Below the pieces are notes generated by a model that was not told the DNA's origin, made no database searches, and saw only the letters and a program-made list of their open reading frames with translations. This document shows, piece after piece, positions 59,018-64,000 of a stretch of DNA of 64,000 bases. Position 1 is the first letter of the stretch, and each line of letters starts with the position of its first letter. The DNA comes from Candidatus Peregrinibacteria bacterium. Lineage in GTDB: Bacteria; Patescibacteriota; Gracilibacteria; Peribacterales; Peribacteraceae. A program made the position numbers and the translations under genes. Location: assembly GCA_043814035.1 (NCBI GenBank), contig JBDRKJ010000002.1, forward strand, positions 136,766 to 200,765. The letters are read 5' to 3'.

Positions 59018-59935
59018 ATGCCGCTCCCCTTCCGCCACATCACATCTACCAAACAATTTGCACGCGAAGATACGGATGCCATTCTCCACACGACAGAAAA
59101 AATGGAGAAGGTTTTAGCAAAGGGTGAGAGCAATCTGCTTAGTGGCAAGATCCTCGCAGCTTTGTTCTATGAGCCTAGCACCCGCACGCGTCTCAGTTTC
59201 GAGACAGCCATGCAGCGTCTTGGCGGTGAAGTCATCACTGCCGACGGATTGCAGTTCAGTTCCATGTACAAAGGAGAAACAATCGAAGACACCATGATGG
59301 TTGTCGGACAGTACGCAGATATTATTGTCATGCGCCATCCAGAACAGGGAAGCGCCGATCGCGCTGCTGCGGTGTGTCCGGTTCCGTTCATCAACGCTGG
59401 CGACGGCCCTGGCCAACATCCCACACAGGCTCTCTTGGATCTCTATACCATTCTCAAGGAGCGCGGGTCTCTCGATGGTCTCCATATTGCGATGGTGGGC
59501 GATCTGAAATTCGGACGCACAGTTCACTCCCTCTCGTTTCTCCTCGGCCTGTACCGCGATATCCGCTTTACGCTCATTGCGCCAAAAGAACTCAAGATGC
59601 CTCCCAAAGTGACGAGCTACCTCAAAGAGAAGAATGTCTTCTTCGCCGAGAGTGAAGATCTTGCGCAGGGACTCGATGCGGATGTCATCTACATGACGCG
59701 CGTGCAGAAAGAACGATTCGAAAATCCAGAAGAATACGAACGCCTGAAACTCAAATACATCCTGCAGGCAGATCATGTACGTGATCGGTCGATTACCGTA
59801 TTGCACCCGCTGCCACGTGTGGGAGAAATTGCGACAGATGTCGATTCCCTGCCTAACGCTGCCTACTTCCGCCAAGTGCGCAATGGTGTTGTGATGCGCA
59901 TGGCACTTCTGGCGATGCTCCTCGGTAAAGCATGA
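59018..59935 (+). CDS. pyrB: Aspartate carbamoyltransferase catalytic subunit
   Basis: FYEPSTRTRLSF, NAGDG, HPTQALLD, GDLKFGRTVHS, HPLPR. Confidence 0.97.
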   Translation: MPLPFRHITSTKQFAREDTDAILHTTEKMEKVLAKGESNLLSGKILAALFYEPSTRTRLSFETAMQRLGGEVITADGLQFSSMYKGETIEDTMMVVGQYADIIVMRHPEQGSADRAAAVCPVPFINAGDGPGQHPTQALLDLYTILKERGSLDGLHIAMVGDLKFGRTVHSLSFLLGLYRDIRFTLIAPKELKMPPKVTSYLKEKNVFFAESEDLAQGLDADVIYMTRVQKERFENPEEYERLKLKYILQADHVRDRSITVLHPLPRVGEIATDVDSLPNAAYFRQVRNGVVMRMALLAMLLGKA

Positions 59936-61260
59936 CATCACTCCTTATTTGTGGAGGCACCATCGTTCGCCCGACAGGGGATGAGCGAGCAGATCTTCTC
60001 ATCGATGAAGGGATAATTCGCGAAGTGAATGTACGAACGACCGGCCCACGCAAGCTCCTGGCGGCCGATCAGACAATCGAGGCGAATGGACAACTGCTCT
60101 TTCCGGGCTTCATCGATGCGCATGTACACTTTCGGGAGCCAGGGATGGAGCAGAAGGGGACGATGGAGAGTGAATCACAGAGCGCTGTTGCAGGGGGCGT
60201 GACTGTTGTCTGCGATATGCCGAATACCAATCCTCCCACCACTTCAGTCTCTGCCTTAAAAGAAAAAGTGCGCATTACTGAGAGTGTCTCTACCTGTGAC
60301 ATTCGTCTCTTCTTCGGGATCACGCAGAGTGGACATCTGCAGGAGCTGAAACGATTATGGTCCGAAGAGCCACTCACTTCGCTACGTGCACGGTGCTGTG
60401 GGGTGAAGCTCTATCTCGATCATTCCACTGGCGGCCAGAAGGTTGAAACAGATATAGCAAAAGAAGTATTTCGTACTTGCGCAGAGCTGAAGTTGCCGCT
60501 TGTCGTGCACTGCGAAGACCCGGTGTTGAATGCGCGAGCTGCCAAATTGAATGCGCGTGATGACGTCGCGGCACACTCCGTCATTCGTGCCCCTGAATCT
60601 GAACAGCGCGCCATTACAACAGCAATCGAACTTGCCAAAGAGACCGGTGCGCATTTGCACATTGCGCACCTCTCGACCAAACGTGGCTTGGAGCTGATTG
60701 CGCAGGCAAAAAAAGACGGCCTTTCCATCACCTGCGAAGTTGCTCCCCATCACCTCTTTCTCTCAGTTGAAGACTACGAGGAGCTCGGCACATTTGCCAA
60801 AATGAATCCCCCCCTCCGTACACCAGATCACTGTGAGGCACTTTGGAGTGGTATTGAGAGCGGCGTCATTGATTGTGTTGCGAGTGATCATGCTCCTCAT
60901 ACCCTCGAAGAAAAGAATGGAATACCAGCCCTCGCTGCCCCTAGTGGGGTTCCGGGAGTTGAGACCATGATCCCCCTCCTTCTCACGGTTGCTGCGGGCG
61001 GGTGGCCACATCCGCACCGACGCAATTTCATGCCGAAGTTACTCTATACGGATATCCGGCGATTATGCTTCGACAATCCCAACCGCATCTTTGCGCTGGG
61101 GCAGAGAATGATTGAACAGGGGGCTCCGGCGAATCTCGTCCTCGTTCATCCCGAAGAGGAGTGGGAGATTCACGGGTCATCACTCCACAGCAAATGCGGT
61201 TGGACGCCATATGAAGGCTGGCGCCTTACTGGCAGAGCAACGGTTGTCGGGAGGTGGTGA
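59932..61260 (+). CDS. pyrC: Dihydroorotase
   Basis: PGFIDAHVHFREPG, DMPNT, HIAHLST, KMNPPLR, SDHAPH; ATGA overlap with pyrB. Confidence 0.93.
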   Translation: MTSLLICGGTIVRPTGDERADLLIDEGIIREVNVRTTGPRKLLAADQTIEANGQLLFPGFIDAHVHFREPGMEQKGTMESESQSAVAGGVTVVCDMPNTNPPTTSVSALKEKVRITESVSTCDIRLFFGITQSGHLQELKRLWSEEPLTSLRARCCGVKLYLDHSTGGQKVETDIAKEVFRTCAELKLPLVVHCEDPVLNARAAKLNARDDVAAHSVIRAPESEQRAITTAIELAKETGAHLHIAHLSTKRGLELIAQAKKDGLSITCEVAPHHLFLSVEDYEELGTFAKMNPPLRTPDHCEALWSGIESGVIDCVASDHAPHTLEEKNGIPALAAPSGVPGVETMIPLLLTVAAGGWPHPHRRNFMPKLLYTDIRRLCFDNPNRIFALGQRMIEQGAPANLVLVHPEEEWEIHGSSLHSKCGWTPYEGWRLTGRATVVGRW

Positions 61261-61275
61261 CACAGAGGCCATGGA

Positions 61276-63141
61276 TCACACCTCTATCAACAGCGGTATC
61301 ACCATGGGCTCGCGATCCAATTTGCGATTGAAGTAGCGGGACAGTGCCCCGCCAATAGCGCGCTTCAGGGCCTTGCGGTCACTATCACCACGAGCGATTG
61401 CCTCTTCGTAGGCTTTGCGCGCCACGTTCGCGGCCTCCTTCGTGATGCTATTTTGTTCTGAGCCGTAGATCAGTCCGCGCGAGATGATATCGGGGTCCCC
61501 TACGAGGCGCTTGCTCTGATTGTACGCACGCAGCATGACGATGATCACGCCGGCGCTGCTCATGACTTTGCGATCGTTAAGGACGCGTTGCCCTTCACCT
61601 GCGCTGCCGAGACCGTCGATGATGACATCCTGAATGAGGAGCTTCTGCTTACTTTTACGTGCGTTCCCGTGCTGGTCGAATTCCAAAATCTCGCCATTCA
61701 CGAGTGAGTGGATACGATTATCTTCGTAGCCCAATTTGCGGGCCAGATCGACGTGCGCAGAGCGCATGTAAGGCTCTCCGTGTTCGGGGATGATATGTCG
61801 CGCACGCACGAGTTGGTGCATGAGCAGAATATCGCCCTGCTGGCCATGGCCAGTCGTGTGGAGGGCGAGCTCCGCGCTCGTCTTCACAATGGCGCCTTTG
61901 AGATGAAGATTATTGATCACCTTCGATACGGCACGCTCGTTCCCGATAATAGGATTACTGCTTAAGATAACGGTATCACCCTGCTTCACAGAAATGTGGC
62001 GATGTGTACCAAGGCCGATGCGAGCAAGGCCAGCCATCTCTTCACCTTGGCTGCCTGTAGTGATGATGACGGTCTCGCGATCGGGAGTTTTCTCCATACC
62101 GGGTCCCGCCTTGCGAATGAGGCCACGTGGCGCCTTGAGGTAGCCCAGATTTTGGGCGATTTCGAAGTTCGTTTCCATGCTACGGCCCGAGATGAAGATC
62201 TTGCGGTTGTACTTACGCGCATGATCGATGATCTGCTGCATGCGATTTAAGAGTGAGCTGAATGTAGAGATGATCAAGCGCCCATTTGCATCGCGAATGA
62301 GTTGATGGAGTGTCTCAGAGATATCCTTTTCACTCTTACTGTGGCCGGGTATGGTCGCGTTAGTCGAATCTGCCACGATTGCCAGCACACCGCGTTCGCC
62401 CAACTGAGCGAATCGCTGAAAGTCTGCTGCTGGTTCATTTTGCGGGGTGAAATCGAACTTGAAGTCCCCTGTATGCAGAATGGTTCCGTATGGTGTGTGC
62501 ACGGCGATCGCTGCGGAATCCGGAATACTATGGGTCACCCGAAGGAATTCCACCTCGATACGTCCAATGCGAATTTTCTGGCTGTAATTTACAATGTTCA
62601 TGCGTGCCTTAGAGGTGATACGCGTCTCGTCGAGACGCTTACGGACGAAGGCCATGGTTAATTTTGTTCCGTACATCGGCGGATAATGCAACTGCGGAAG
62701 CAGATGCTGCACAGCACCGATATGGTCAAGGTGCCCGTGGGTGAAGAGGAGGGCCTTGATACGATTTTCTCTTCCTTTAAGTGAAGAAATATCCGGCACG
62801 AGGTAATCGATGCCGAGCATATCTTCATCAGGAAATTGTAAGCCCAAATCGATGATGAAGAGGTCTCCATCTACTTCGATAACGAAGCAGTTGCGACCTA
62901 CTTGTTCGAATCCGCCGAGCGGATACACCTTAAGCCCTCCGCGCCGAGGCTGATCCCGTTGAGGGGATTGCTGCTGAGGGCGAGGATGTTGCGGTCCCTG
63001 AGGAGGCCGTGGCCCCTGAGGGCGCTGTGGTCCCTGGGAACGTTGAGATTTCCCCTGGCCACTCGGGCGAGGAGAAGAGGAAGGAGAGGACGGTGGTTGA
63101 TCCCCAATTTTCTTTTGTAACCACTCACTGACTGTTTTCAT
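61276..63141 (-). CDS. rnj: Ribonuclease J
   Basis: PLGGFEQVGRN, THGHLDHIG, HSIPD, HTGDFK, TGSQGE; P/Q-rich N-terminal extension. Confidence 0.96.
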   Translation of the reverse strand: MKTVSEWLQKKIGDQPPSSPSSSPRPSGQGKSQRSQGPQRPQGPRPPQGPQHPRPQQQSPQRDQPRRGGLKVYPLGGFEQVGRNCFVIEVDGDLFIIDLGLQFPDEDMLGIDYLVPDISSLKGRENRIKALLFTHGHLDHIGAVQHLLPQLHYPPMYGTKLTMAFVRKRLDETRITSKARMNIVNYSQKIRIGRIEVEFLRVTHSIPDSAAIAVHTPYGTILHTGDFKFDFTPQNEPAADFQRFAQLGERGVLAIVADSTNATIPGHSKSEKDISETLHQLIRDANGRLIISTFSSLLNRMQQIIDHARKYNRKIFISGRSMETNFEIAQNLGYLKAPRGLIRKAGPGMEKTPDRETVIITTGSQGEEMAGLARIGLGTHRHISVKQGDTVILSSNPIIGNERAVSKVINNLHLKGAIVKTSAELALHTTGHGQQGDILLMHQLVRARHIIPEHGEPYMRSAHVDLARKLGYEDNRIHSLVNGEILEFDQHGNARKSKQKLLIQDVIIDGLGSAGEGQRVLNDRKVMSSAGVIIVMLRAYNQSKRLVGDPDIISRGLIYGSEQNSITKEAANVARKAYEEAIARGDSDRKALKRAIGGALSRYFNRKLDREPMVIPLLIEV

Positions 63142-63368
63142 GTAACGGTATAAACTGAATAGAATAATTGACGCCCTCATTGTATGTCTTCTGGAGGGAG
63201 AAAGCAATAGGCTCTTGTTAAAGCATAGAGTTTTTGGCTTCAGATAAACAAATTTTTATTTCATAATTTTGCAATTTCGAAGAATAAACCCGGAAAAATT
63301 CTGGGCTACCCTCCTCCAAAACAGGCGCTTGCCCCTTCTAAGCTAAATAAGGTAGCCTGAGCCACTGT

Positions 63369-64000
63369 ATGGACGTCACGGTCCAGACGGGCATGACAAA
63401 ATCGACGAAGGGTGTTTCCCTCGTCGCTCTTTCATTTGTTTCTTCTCTAAAGGAACAAGTCTGTCTGCTGCTCGAAATCGAGGCAGATACTTCTGAGGCA
63501 AAGACCACAGAAAAGGAGTGCATCACCATCGTTGAGCATGCGCTCCTCGAAACAGAGGGAAGCGCCGCTGAACGATTAGATGGCGTGCTCAAGGAGCTGA
63601 ACGGGCTTCTGAAGGGGCTGATTCTTTCTAGGGCTATCGAAGGCGTACACGCCATAGTGTCCATAGTGGATCGTGACATGACGCTGCATGTTTCTCATGC
63701 GGGCAGCGCGGAGGCCTACATCGTTCGTGCCGGTGCGGCGAGCCAGATTACGGAGTACACACGCGGCAAGCCGGTTCCCGCCTTCGTGCATATTGCAAGT
63801 GGACGGCTGGAGGCTCGAGACTCCGTAGTGCTCTCAACCCAGCGGCTTCTGCGTGCCGTAACACCAGCGCAGCTGGCACAGCATGCTCAACGCGGCGATC
63901 AATTGCTCGATGAGCTCGTCAATACACTTGAGGCAGAGCGTGAGCATGCGGCTTTGGGGGTTTTTCATGCGAGCGGAGGGCAGATGAAAATCGGTGAGCC
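63369..64000 (+). CDS. Hypothetical protein with a PP2C/PPM-phosphatase-like N-terminal region (partial, runs off the window)
   Basis: Manual translation MDVTVQTGMTK...LHVSHAGSAEAYIVRAG...SGRLEARDSVVLST; open to the end of the window. Confidence 0.65.
   Translation, partial: MDVTVQTGMTKSTKGVSLVALSFVSSLKEQVCLLLEIEADTSEAKTTEKECITIVEHALLETEGSAAERLDGVLKELNGLLKGLILSRAIEGVHAIVSIVDRDMTLHVSHAGSAEAYIVRAGAASQITEYTRGKPVPAFVHIASGRLEARDSVVLSTQRLLRAVTPAQLAQHAQRGDQLLDELVNTLEAEREHAALGVFHASGGQMKIGE

Noticed and set aside
59114-59941. Long antisense ORFs (e.g. 59114..59941, 8671..9330, 22187..22834)
   Set aside because: They are shadows of well-supported genes on the opposite strand.
62960-63060. 18-bp-period repeats at the rnj 5' end
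   Set aside because: An ordinary low-complexity P/Q/G disordered extension.

Overview
64-kb segment of core chromosome from a reduced-genome bacterium, most consistent with a CPR/Patescibacteria lineage, probably Peribacteria/Peregrinibacteria. This is inferred from the 16S features (short helix 39, altered anti-SD), the unlinked 16S, the gene set and the retention of pyrBC. The window holds the 3' half of a 16S rRNA gene with no tRNA or 23S after it, a dispersed SUF system (sufD, sufB, sufC plus a 2Fe-2S ferredoxin), a MacAB-type ABC exporter, and many housekeeping genes: holB, secA, tsaB, ftsW, murG, a frameshifted gltX, murB, a two-OB-fold ssb, dnaE, tsaC, nrdR, aspS, tRNA-Leu, mfd, dnaN, a GlmU-like enzyme, a ComEC-like MBL hydrolase, pyrB, pyrC and rnj. 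A DnaA-box cluster (probable oriC) lies upstream of dnaN with no dnaA beside it. The most unusual items are: (1) an 8.7-kb tightly packed operon of five secreted, cysteine-rich uncharacterised proteins, one with an HExxH zinc-protease motif; (2) a four-helix-bundle gene enclosed by inverted 9-mer tandem arrays and inserted exactly between the nrdR stop and the aspS start, plus orphan 7/9-mer arrays, some translated inside genes; (3) a palindromic repeat inserted in-frame in a glycosyltransferase; (4) a degenerate copy of the dnaE 5' end forming a coupled uORF; (5) an unannotated 40-aa, 8-Cys metallothionein-like microprotein; (6) an altered anti-SD together with apparently leaderless gene starts. 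All calls come from reading the sequence; no searches were run.
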